Origin: Ophelia neglecta
Taxonomy: Eukaryota
Direction: 5' to 3'
DNA: 64,000 nucleotides
NCBI GenBank assembly: GCA_965285935.1
Contig: OZ260665.1
Coordinates: 31,496,001 to 31,560,000, forward strand
Below the pieces are notes generated by a model that was not told the DNA's origin, made no database searches, and saw only the letters and a list, made by a program, of their open reading frames with translations. Below, piece by piece: positions 23,301-35,895 of this stretch (the stretch's first letter is position 1; every line of letters starts with the position of its first letter). A program made the translations under genes and the position numbers.

Positions 23301-26300
23301 AGATAACTGTTTGCTAGCTAGTAGGAAGAAGTCCTATCATTTCATCCCCACAAGTATATACCAGGACCTTTTCCTAAAATACCCTAACCTCCATGTAAAT
23401 ATAATAACTTAACCTTGTGTACCCCTCCCCCCTTCCTCCCCCGCCCCTTAATTATGCAACGTCCCTAATAAGATATCGCTGGCATACAGAAGGATACATA
23501 TTTACCTTAGCTCCTTTTGTCAGTTGTTTCGACAAGGTAGCATAGCACTTTATTGACATAATCGGTTTAAATCCCATGCGTACAAAGCCTTCCACATCAT
23601 CTCCTTTGAATCAACGAATTCACAAAAACAGCCATGGTTAGCAAATGGCAAACATAAGAATCAAGTATTCAAATCATTAATTATCCTGTGCACCGTACTT
23701 ATCTGTATTCAAGCGTAAAAGGAAGATTTTCAATGTAATTAATAAGATGATTTTAGGGAACTACTGATATGATATTTCTTGATTTGCTGTCACCAAATGT
23801 GCTCACCAGGGGGCAGGCCATATAAAGTAATCCCAGGTCTGACATAGTCATATTCAGTGCCGTAGTTGTTGAGAATGCCACCCGCGTGGGCTAAGTGAAA
23901 CACCAAGCCACGTTCTCTGGAAAAAAAATCCAAAGAAAATATACAGATGAGAATAAAAACCACATTAGTTTATAGCCATACTGACGTATAGCTTTAATAA
24001 TGTGTATTTTTGTATTTCTGAAGTCAATTTTAATCTAATCACCAGTGTAAAGTGTTTACGCTTGAACAATTTGCACCTTCAACAGATAAAAACTATTTAT
24101 AAACACATATACTGAAGATACATTTACCACAAAAGACTGTGGGGTGAAAGCAACATTTTTAGCTCGGTACCTTGGACTTCACGTAGTAGATAAAATATGA
24201 GGCTGCGTGCCTTCGTTGGTATACGAAGGGCGAGTGGGTTTTAACAACGAAATCACAGAACCGAATACTTTAACTGACTAAAAATAAACCTGCAATTTAT
24301 TGATCATGGTTATTATTGTACTATTTGAACTAGTAGGACTTGGAATGGTAATTCACAAATACACAAACTTCAATTCAATCAATAATATTTGTAAATTCCC
24401 GAATCCTTTCAAGCGCTGCATTCTGTTTGTCACTCAAGCCATACAGAGGACGCGCATTCGTAGAAAAAAATGCACGGCCACTACAACTGAGTTGTGCAAG
24501 CAAGTTCTGTTTAACAAGCCCCGATTTATATGTATCAACACTTTATTCAAGTTTTTTAATACCTAGTACGTGTACCGTGGCATGTTCCTCTATACATAGC
24601 CTCCGTTATCATGTACAATAGTGCCTCTAAGGCATGCTAATAGCTTACATGCTTGCGCCGCTAGTTCCCAAATATTTATTCATAATTTTACTGTTTGATC
24701 CTTGAATCATAGTGTTGACTGCTTTCCCCCCGTTTAAGGTTCTTTAAAGCGACCACTAAACACTCAGATCGTACCTGTACGGAGCAATGCAGTCCGCAAA
24801 GCCTACCATTTGCTGTTTTGTGAACTCGGGGTCTTCATAATCGGCAAAATGAGAATATATACCGTCTAAGTGAACGCCATATTTATCACATGCCTATATA
24901 AAAAAATGAAATTTGCAATTCAAACAAAATGTGGGCCCTATTGAACCAGGTTTCACTAAGCTAAATGTGAGTATATCTATGTTTTGATATTTGATACTGT
25001 AATTAAAATGATCACGAGTAGAACTCCAATGATAAGTAAGTAAGCATGACAGGCTTAGTGAACAATATCTGGTAATGGAATAAATTATGACCAGTTGTAT
25101 ATCGTGTTTCTTCAACACGAGGAAGAAAGATGCCAACCTCGACAAGACGAGCCAGTTCTCCAGGCTGACAACCATTTCTGTTCATTCCTGTATCCACCTT
25201 TATGTTGACAGCCCCTCGTGGAAGGTATCTATTACTGTTAATATAAATAAATACATATTTTATTGCCGATGTTACTTATTGTGGATTTGAAAACTAACAG
25301 CTTCTATGTCTAGATAACAGTGTTACCCCTCAGGGATCTCTTCGATCACTCCGTTAATGTCGCCGTAATCCGGGTAGGTCTTCATGGCCTCGGCCATCCC
25401 CTTGATGGCGTCTTCGTCCGCCACAGTCGGCGTCAGGTTGTACCGGAGACAGCGGTGCATCTCCCAAGATTTCACGTTACCTGCCAGCAAAACTTTGACT
25501 TAAACACTAAAATCAAAGTATTACAGTAAAAATGAGCAAATAATGTTGCTCAATATTTCTATCCAATTATCGGCGTTTACTTGCACAGTTTCAGTCCATA
25601 AATATAAGTTATAGGGTCCTATTATATAATAGGTTAAAGTCTTAACTTACGCTAGTACACAGGCCTTTGAAGTAAGACATTACGGTAGAGTTCTATATCT
25701 TACCAAATACGTGAATGGGTCCTTTGATTCCTGCCAGCCTCAGTTGTATTCCCTCCAAGATGGTAGCCAGCGCGAGCCGTTTGATGCCAAGGGTCTTTAG
25801 ATGTTTGCCGATGGCAGTGGCACCATGACCGGTCGCATCGGCTTTCACCACACCCATTATTTCTAACAGCATAAAAATAATAATATTTTATAGAACAATA
25901 ATAGAAATTGTGATATGCGTCAGCGTCAGTATTAAAGAGAATGCTCGGGTTTTATGTCAGTTTATGACAAACTTAATATTGCAGGTAAGCCCTGCGGTTT
26001 AGCGTATATTTCACATTATTTCTCTCCCTATCAGTGGGGTATCTTTAATGAAAATGGGGCTTTCGCAAGGTATGCTATCAATGGGGTCATCACGTTTATA
26101 TGCGTAACAAAAGAATCTAATTTTCTTTAGATCGAAGGAAACTGACCATACTGTGAGATCGTAAAAATAGTAGCTGAAGAAGTTTTATGAGGACTTTTGA
26201 TCAAATCCTAAGACTATAAGACCCCCGGTTTCAAGCCTGCTTGGAGAACCATCCCCTTCCCCGAAAATAAAAGGAAGTACCATCCCGGCTATCGCCCAAT

Positions 26301-27100
26301 TCTGGGAATCTTTCGACCAAAGAATTAATCAATAAATTGTTCAAGGGATGGGCTCTATAGGACGGCATCAAGAGCTTAGTGAGATTCGATTCAAAACCCT
26401 TATGATTGTGTCGATCGTGTCGATTTTTAAATGTGTCGTGTCCACCTGTCTATAGTGTCGGTTAAAACCCATGACTTCCAACCTATAAATTTAATAAACA
26501 ATAAATGAAAAATATACAACCGAAGGAATGTCGCGGTACAATATTTCGTGAATGCATAGAGCTCTAGCATAACTTTATTAGTGACGGTGATTTATTTTAG
26601 AAGAATCATTTCTGACTCAGGACTTGATACCTATTTGTACACAGATTAAAATATGGTGAAAATCATAAAAATAATATATAATATCTGTTAAATAATTATA
26701 TTAATCTGAAATTCCAGACGGAGTATGAAAGCTCCATATCTCCTAAAGGTAAACCGCTCTGTTATATTATCTTGAATAGTATTTTACTTGCAGATCCTGC
26801 TATAACAGCGCCATATTCGATATTTATTAAAACTATTCCATGCCAACTCATGCAGGTTAACATGGGAAAGTGGACTTAATCTATAACAGTTACTGGTTGG
26901 TAAGTATAGGCATATATCACGTGTTATTGTCTGTTGTCACCTGTTTTCGGGTGGTCCTTCATACATTCGTAGTGGAGCTTGACATTGTTGGTCAGGGCAT
27001 CTAGATCCACCTGGATGTAAACAGGTCGCCCCACTCTGTCAAATAAACCTCCGCCATGTTTCGTCTCAGAGTGAGAATTACTGTCACAGTTCGTGGTCAT
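20369..27100 (-). CDS. alr: Alanine racemase-family enzyme (PLP fold-type III, bacterial-type), 9 coding exons, ~430 aa, divergent active site
   Basis: Exons: 27100-26941, 25862-25704, 25480-25327, 25234(or 25228)-25138, 24893-24775, 23916-23807, 23603-23506, 21987-21864, 20640-20369. All introns are GT-AG and phase-consistent, giving 1293 nt with no internal stop. Motifs in order: [19 protein letters not shown] (PLP Lys), [30 protein letters not shown] (catalytic Tyr), [28 protein letters not shown]. Confidence 0.92.
22075..22586 (+). mobile_element. 3' end of an L2/Crack-type LINE inside a racemase intron
   Basis: Broken translation [28 protein letters not shown], followed by a 3' UTR ending in AATAAA and a (TTGAA)3 tail. 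Confidence 0.65.
22838..22886 (+). mobile_element. Isolated LINE 3' tail matching the end of the 4092-9790 element
   Basis: TGTACTCTCTCCCACGAGGAGGCGAAATAAA, versus TGTACTCTCCCACGAGGAGGAATAAA on the minus strand at 4095-4120. Confidence 0.6.
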
Positions 27101-27134
27101 CTTATCATCTGTCGTCAAAATGGATTCATGTTAT

Positions 27135-27312
27135 TTGATTTAAAAAGATAATAATAATTACTTAGTTACTTAATTCAAATAGATGATTATTCTTTAATTT
27201 AAATATATGATAATTATTATCTAATTTGAATGGATAATGATTGCTCAATTTAAATATATGATAATATTTTTCGGATTTAAATAGATAATAATTATTGAAT
27301 CTAAATAAACAA
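27135..27312. repeat. Degenerate AT-rich ~26-bp tandem repeat
   Basis: Recurring TTTAAATA(T/G)ATGATAATTATT-like unit, about 6 copies, just upstream of the first racemase coding exon. Confidence 0.6.
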
Positions 27313-30300
27313 TTTGAGTTTAATGTTAAATCATTAAGTCGGACAGCGTAACTGAATGAATAAATTATTATAAGCAGAAAGGGAACATGCTTAATGTCCT
27401 TAATTAAGCAACCAAAGATAGTTCAAATACACCAGGATCTGCCGTCTGCGTGTTTACAAAAAATCAACAGTTTTCCAAGATGTGTCTCAAATCACGAGAC
27501 ATAGAAGCAAATCAGGGTGAAAGTGGAACAAAAATGAAATGTGCCCAACGAGTTTGAGATGGACATATTGGGCTTTTAGATGCTATGAAAACACAATGTA
27601 CATTTAGTCCCTGTATTCTTGGCCGACTTATATGGAGGCAAACTGCCCCGTTACGTACAATCTGAAAGGGTCCTACCACTTCTCAACAATGGAATATATG
27701 TATATATATGATGGCCATGTGGAACAGTCGCGCTTCCATTGTGACTGAACAAGTTGAAGTTACTTATATAACGTGTTAAAATATGCAAATTATCTCACCA
27801 ACACAATGGTTAAAAGCTAATTATTAAATCTTAATTATTTTATCACACAATGGAGGAAAAACATATTGCATTTGCGGTTCAAATTCGGCTCATATAAGTT
27901 AAAAGGTAGAAATAATATAATATTGAATGAAATAGACTTAAAAATACTATGCTAACTCAATGTTAAGCTACGAGAGTGTGGATTTGAATATACCCCATCG
28001 TAGCTGTTTTCATTGGTTACTTGTTGTCACAAAGTGATCACCACGAGAAAACTTGCTTGAAAAATGGGCAAATACTCTTGCAAAGTCTTGCAGCAAGGGC
28101 CCGGCTTTAAGCTCATGAGCAAAATTTGAAAAATAATCCATAAACATGTAATACTAATGTGCATTTAAGTTTGGATTCTGTGACACAATGAATGTTTTAT
28201 TTTAGTAAAGATGGTTTTGATTGCATTTTTCTAACAGCACAATCAAGTAGATTTCCCAGTATATTTGTGTAAAATTTAAAATTATAATGATTATTGTGCT
28301 AAAAGCATATAATAATATCATGCGGAGAGTGGTGGCCATATCAATAAATATTTATCAAATGAAACCGGAGCATCTTGCATCTTAAATTCTCTGTGTACAA
28401 AAGCTATTTATCGGAGAGAAAGTGATAATTCGCATATCTAGTGGTAAAGTTGGCCAAGAGCTGCTTTTTAAGACTTTCCTTGTAATTATATTGGTTATGT
28501 TGCAGAAAGGTAGGCCTAGTATACCAGCTGCTGGTCAATAAGATCCGACCTAAAAAGCCATATAAGGGGTCAAAATGAGCCCAAGACATTGCTTTGTAAT
28601 AAACTGAATAGGAGGGATTGAATAGTATCATTTGTTTTACAAGAAAACTTACCCTCAATTGGTTTTTTCTGCAAGCTAGGAATCTAACCTTTTAGCAAGT
28701 GTGCACGAATTCACAGATAAAAGTAGCGCTTTGGTAATGCGGTCACATTTTTTCTCCAACTCTTGTGAGTTATATACCTTATCAAAAATCCCTATGAGGC
28801 TTAACGTTACTCACTACAGGTGGTACTGATGTGGAAAATGTCCGACCAGGCCCAAGGTTTTCTGTCTGTAGTGTGATTTAATATTACTGTAAAGTCTATC
28901 CTGTAAAAATGTCTTCCCTGGAGACTGTCAGTGCGTGAGGCAGTACGCCAACATGTATCAAGTCGAAAGGAAATTCAACCTTATTATTATTTATTTGGTA
29001 CATATATCCTAAGACTCAATAATGTTCTACAATATGCTTCAACATACATGTATATTCGCTCTGAGTTTATTAATTTATGTTCACTGTTTATAAATCGTAG
29101 TCAAGTTGGCAGTTAGCCGTATCGTAATTCAATATCTTCTGAACAGGCATGTAAACAGGCTGAGTGGAGTGCATGAAGTGGGAACTTGAAAAGATATCAA
29201 AATGCGGTCGTGAGTAATGTACATTTCCTTGGTGAGTTTTTGACTTCGACATAAAAGGCTCTTGACAACAGTCACAGTTATAGACTACCGAGTGTTAGAT
29301 CGTGTATGAATGAATGAAATTTTACTTTCTCAAGCGATATATAACTGTAAAAAAAGCAAACGACGACAAGGTACATGAGAAAGGGACCAGAAAAAATCAA
29401 GTTTATCGAGCTGGTCCCTGTCAAAGGAAGAAACAGTATATATACAGTCCTACTTACGAGAGAATATCTGATACCTTGGTACAGTATTTAGGTATTACAT
29501 CGGGAATATCGCATGTATATAAACAAAACATATTTAATCAGTCCCCAACCCATATAAACACATCATACTTATCATATCCCACCCCAATTAGCTATGTGTA
29601 AATAGAACAGAAAAGGTTAATAGCGAAGCCCCCTATTTTGTTGTTTATATACAAATTTCGAAATATTCAATCTATAATCTTCTATCATATTGCAGTGCAT
29701 TTGTTGGTGTCTTAAAATATTGGCAAACACAATATTTAAAGCTCGATTTTGTTGAGTCTGAATGTTGCCATTAATTGATTAATTGCTTTGCAATAAGCCT
29801 CAATGCCACTTTGTATACTTGAGTAAATATAATTATACAAAATGATGTGTTTAGCTGCTAATTGTATTTTGTTTCTCATTTCTTCATTATATATGATCGG
29901 AAACCAGAAACATTACCAATCTGGGAAAAGGGTGATAATGTATGTTCATGATCCTACCCTCACACCTTGACTATTTTGTGTGTGACTATGAGACTGCTGC
30001 GCAAAGAAAACTTAAAATCGATTTATTTGATATGTTGTCTGCCAAAAAATATTGTGGATCACGACTCGTCCATAATTCAGTGGCACATTTACTGCTGGAG
30101 AAGTGTCAGAAAAAAAATAACGACAATGTTTAATATAGAGCAGGAAAAGTGGCGCTTTCCATATCAACCAACATATGGCAGAATTTTTCTGATAGTACGG
30201 TCAGTAACGCGCGAGAGAGCCCTGGATGTAGATTTCAAGGTCGTCACCAAAATTGATGTTAATATCGCAGTTTTTAGCTTAATCCAGAATTTAAACAGTG

Positions 30301-33300
30301 TCTTGTCTTGGCTGAGAATTCGTAGTACATATTGTCATCACTATGTATAATAATTATGTAGTTACGTTATGCCTTCTGAAAAGAATGGAATTGTGGATGT
30401 AAGATAAGATATTTTCAAAGATTAACTTTTAAAGGTCAAGCCTTGAAATCAATACATTTTGCTTCACAGCATGCACTAAAGCCGTTATATGTGTGCATGG
30501 CGAACGGCTGCGCAACCTTATTCCTCAAAAACTGGGCAAAAACTGGGGAAAAAACCAATCTTAATTGGTACAATGTGGAATGGGGCACATGAAAACTATT
30601 TATATTCAATGTGTTAGAATATAATCAGTAGTTCAAACTGATGCCCCAAGTTTTCACTAGTTTCCAAGTGAATATTCGGCCGTGCAGGGTACATGTAGAT
30701 TCGAAGGTACTATTTTTTTTTAATGTGCCATCGATTTTACCTCAACAAGTTACATAATAAAGAACGGTACCTTTCTTTAGAAAGGAATGTACTATAGACA
30801 ACGATGTATTTGTATCCACTCGACTCTGATTAAGTCATTTTTCTGGTCCAGCTGAATTCTGTTTTCCTCTGCCTTTGACAAAACTTTTTTTTCTTTCGTG
30901 CATATTGGAAGATACTAAATCTACTCATTGTTAAACAATATGGCTAAACTTCCATATTTATGTCTATAAAAGTTTAGTTCGGTAGGCATGCTTCACGTAT
31001 CAAGTATCCTAACTAATTATTTAAGCAGCTAAATGTAAATGTAAGGTTACAAATAAAAAATATTGGTACTCAATTCCAGCTTTTAAGCTTAGCGGGTGAA
31101 TGAAATCACACCACGGCTTTACGAAGGGTGGAAATCACACTATTAGGGATCGCTGTTGGAACAAGAATATAAATGATAACTTACAGGAAAGTCAATAGTC
31201 GTTCACCCGATGGTCAATATTCTTTAACTTCTTATCAAATGCGGTGACAAATCGCAGATTTCAGGTTTAATACCTTTTATAATATCATAGAACAGGGATG
31301 TACGTGTTAGGAGACTATAAACTATGCTCGTTCCCGAATATCCAAAGTGACTAAGGGTCATGAACTAAAATGTTAGTCTATAGTCCAAGACCAAAGACTC
31401 AAATATCTCTTGCAGGATCAAAGACCCAAAAGTCCATGGTCTAATATATGGTGATTTAATATATTCTTGTTTCAGATGGAATAGGAAGAGGATCATATGA
31501 TCTGGGAGAAAATGGCTGGTTACGACAGTGGTATCTGGCATGTGATGGCAGTCTCAATGCGATTTAGATGTACAGTATAACTTCATGAAACAGAATGGTT
31601 TTGAGCAGAATGAATGTTTCAAGAATGTCTGATGTACATCGAACACCATTATCATGAACGGGACCAGTAAATATAATTGTCCGGGATTAACTATATACAT
31701 TGTCATATAGGCCACATCCGCAGCTAGGGGTCAAATGTATCGAGCCCGGGTAGACTTTGGAATGTGATTGTATATATAGTTCAGCTTCTATAGGCATACA
31801 CTGTTAGGTTATACTGTTTAAAACTATATGTTGATATCATTAACAGAGACCAGCCTGTGTGATTTCCATTTGTTATTGGTGAACAATCAGCACTTGCAGT
31901 TGAGGTCATATAAAAAGCGTAGGTGCCTGGTTTAACGAACAAGGTGCAGCATGTTAAGTTGCGGTATTTTCCAAAACTTTGGTAGTCAATTATTAGCTCA
32001 TTGAACACAGCCGAAGAAAGTCAAGGCAAATTACAGGAAATATAGATTGTCAAACTGAAAGCTAATATTTAGATTTTTATGGATGGTTCATGCACGTTTT
32101 ACATGATTAATGTTAGTTTCAAGTGGTCTAGCGAGCCATGACAATTCAAGCCGTTCGATTTACAAGTAATTTGATAGTGCCATATGTGATATTGAATAAG
32201 GACCGATGCGCTGTTTACACGTACATTAATATATTGATTTAAGACAAGAATTAGGTCACATGTAGACCAATACACTATATAAAAAGGGACAGCGCACTCC
32301 TCGTTAAGAAATATTTTCGATACTACATTTATCTTGAAATAAAACATATTGCACAGGGCAAGTAAATCACTAGGCAGTACCACTAGCTTAGCTCATACGT
32401 GTATATATCTGTAGATCAAAGATGACATCCATTGGCAAGCAGTGAATACATGTGCTTTTGTGCCCTATATTCTAACGAGATCGTTTCGATCATATGCACA
32501 TCCGTTTCTACCATATACGCATATATTTCGATCATAAATTTGATGGTGGGGGCTGGGGGGGGGGGGAGCATGCCCGGAAAATGCATACAAAGATTGACGT
32601 ATTTGTCAATTTTAATAAATACTATACCGCAGCATTTTCACCCACTTATAGTATATTGGCTATTATAGCATATATATACAATGCACAAATGAATTTGCCA
32701 CTGTCATGCAGAAAGATGTACACTGGCAGGTTCACAATCTTTCACACAAGGCTTTGGTTTTTTTTCGCACGTAGGCCTACATCTCGAAACAATCTCTATC
32801 TTCAAACAAAAATGGTTGGCAAAATTATGCTTTTATGAGCATGCTGTTAACTAACACACTGGTATAGACAAATAATACAGGTAGAAATCATCTTATGAGG
32901 CCGCCACATGCCATGACCAATAACAGGTAATATCATTGCGCCCTAGGGACAGATTTAAGGTTAAAAGGGGAAAAGACTAAACATTGAAAAGTAAAACCTT
33001 CAGGAGGTTCACAGTGCTGGAAATAATTACCTTTTTCTTGAAAATCCGGGTATTTTACCTGGCCGCTAGAGGCGCGGCGATATTCCTTAACGTCTCGGCA
33101 CAAAATCAATTCACGCGCAGTTTTTGTAATATATCATGCCACGTTTCACAAGTTAGATTGTCTCATAAATTAAACAGTTGTTAACATATATTATTCACTA
33201 GGTATATAGGATTAGTTCATCTATCCGAGTACAAGCCGGTGTGTTTTTAAGTGCCCATCAGAATGTATCTGTCCTCAAATCACCCCAGACGTCCTGTAAC

Positions 33301-35895
33301 ATGTGTAAATGCAGGTCATCAGACTGGGATCCTGTTAGACATAATGCCGATCTTCGTCAATTGCCGAGTTCAGTTTATATGGTAGTTTATATCGTACCAA
33401 AAAGTATCTACAGGACTTAGACGGTTGTAATTTTATGCCATCGATAGTTCATTCAGCCTGCTTAATTTGCTCTAGTAGGTGTCTCTATCCTTGCTACCCA
33501 TCATGCATCAAATAGAGACATTTTCACTTTAAAAATGCTATATTGGATACCGGGCTGACCATAAGGATAGTGAACTGTCAATGATGTTCTCGTATAGACG
33601 CTTGTTGATCACGGACCCGGTTATGCTTGACGCATTCACTCATATCTATTTAGCCGATTCATTTATGAACACTGTGTCGTAATAACTAGACAGACCCGTT
33701 CGCTTCGCTCCCTTTCAACCCCCTGGGTCTCCTAACAGCACGTTTATTCTCTGACAATAACTTAATGCCTCCAAATCACATAACCACCTTTTCACCAATC
33801 CTATCTATTAATCAAATAAACCCCTGTTCATGTCCCCCCCCCCTTCCTCCCCCAACCAACTGCAGTTATCTTTGTGTGTTCCTCAATTACTCTGTCAGAT
33901 GAATCTAGCCTTAGCAAGACAGATTTCCATCTGTGTATCTCAGATATATATAAACCAATGATTAATGCATCATGCTTTATTATTTACTGCGTCTGCTACA
34001 AATGGTTATACATCTGCATCTATCTAAATAGGGAACAGCTTGTTTTTTCGAACCCATTGTATTCGAACCCTCTGTACTTAATGCATATACGAATAATTTA
34101 GTCTAAACTTAGACTTAAGTAACCTTTCTATCTTATATGGAATACAGTCATACTTACGAAAATACTCTGAACAAACTAAACACAAAAACGTTTCAGCACA
34201 GCCTCAAATCTTATTCTCAGACTCAACTGAAGTTTAAGAAAATCTAAGCAAGCCGCCATTGTATTCCATGTCAAAACGTAGCCAAGTTTTTTTCTAGCAC
34301 TGAGTGCCTAGTAGGTACAAGCAGGTGTTCGTAGATGATAGGTCAACCGACACGCATGGCATAATATTTCTATTGACTAGTAGGCCTACTACACAAAGAA
34401 ATGTGGACGCATTCGCGGAGGTCGCCTATTCGCACAAAAAATATGTGCAAATTTAAGATGTGTAAATATTACCCCGTAAATTATTTTTTGGTAAAGATAT
34501 CGCGATACGTGACTGAATTGGCGATGTTTCTATTAAGTACCAGCGCTTTGTACAGTGACTCGCGTCCGTGTTAGTTGTGTTTCAAAAAACCTGGAGGAGG
34601 GGGGGTGGGGGTGGGGGTAATAAAGTTGTTTCAAGCAAAAACTTTCATTGTTTGCGATATTATAATGAACTGTTTGGTCTGCAGGTGATAGCTATTAACT
34701 CATCACTTTAGTATTTGTTGATAGGCATATACAAGACTGCTTAAGTTGGTATTTTGTTACAATGTAATAAAATTAAAATGATGCAGAAACATGATTATTC
34801 TGTTACCGCGTGGACACAGTAGTTATACCCCTGTTCAGTTAGAGATACCCCTGTTCAGCAGAGGTTTGAAGATTCCGCACCCCCCGACATTAATTGTTAG
34901 AAATCCTCATTTGTAATTGCCCACTCCATTATTTGGGGAGGTAGGCGTCGTTCTGAGGCGGGGAACGAAATTCTTAGCGGTCGACTTATTGAGGCATCTT
35001 GACCACTCGGAATCACATACAAATCTAAGGCTAAGCCTAGTATCATGGCTAGTTTTATTAATCATCATTTTGAGTTGTTCAAAACGCTCCGATTTAAGGA
35101 AAACATTGTGCTTTACGTTTCTTTCATAACACCCCAATGTGTACCCGTTTAATTGGGATTTTTGTGCAAGACTAAACCCTTCTTATATTGAATTCACCTT
35201 GAATGTGTGGAATATTCTTCAGCCCGTTCTTCAAAAACTTTTGGTATGTCAACAAACGATGGAATGGTGATCCTATTTGTTAATTGTAATGTAAAAATAT
35301 GGTTTAACACCCCCCCCCCCCCACCCCCATCTCGTTTCAAAGGCTATCTCACGAAGATAACCCGGTAAATACATGATTGTACAGTTTTATTACATGTAAA
35401 TGTCAACAATTTTTATTAGTTGGGTTTTACATAAACTCACGATCAGCCTGAGGCGCATGACTGTGCATGCGTCCGAACGCATGTGCGTAGGCCTATACTA
35501 ACTTCGATTGCACTTTTTTCTTCTTTGCGTGGTTAATTATGTATACATAACTCAGTCCATGAAGACATGTATGGTTATATCAGTACACACATCCGCCATT
35601 TTATTATATATATAGTCTGGCGATGTTCAGTCATTTCTGTAAAGGTCAGCAGAGCATTATGTGTATAGTCACACCCTTCACTACAGACATAATAAAACAT
35701 ATATTTTGGTTAGTGGACCGAAGTCGGCGGTCCTGGGAAAAAACTTATGCAGGCTATTTAGCTAGTAACAGTCAGGCAATGTATGATAATTATGAATTGC
35801 TTAACGTTTTAAGCTACTAAAGTTAACATTATTTTCAACTAGGCCTTCTCTGCTATATATTTCATCTACGATTCTTTTGACAATTCCGTGAGCTA

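Noticed and set aside
20369-27100. Bacterial contamination as the source of the racemase
   Set aside because: Eight phase-consistent spliceosomal introns, embedded animal TEs and contiguity with atonal and TMC show it is a host gene.
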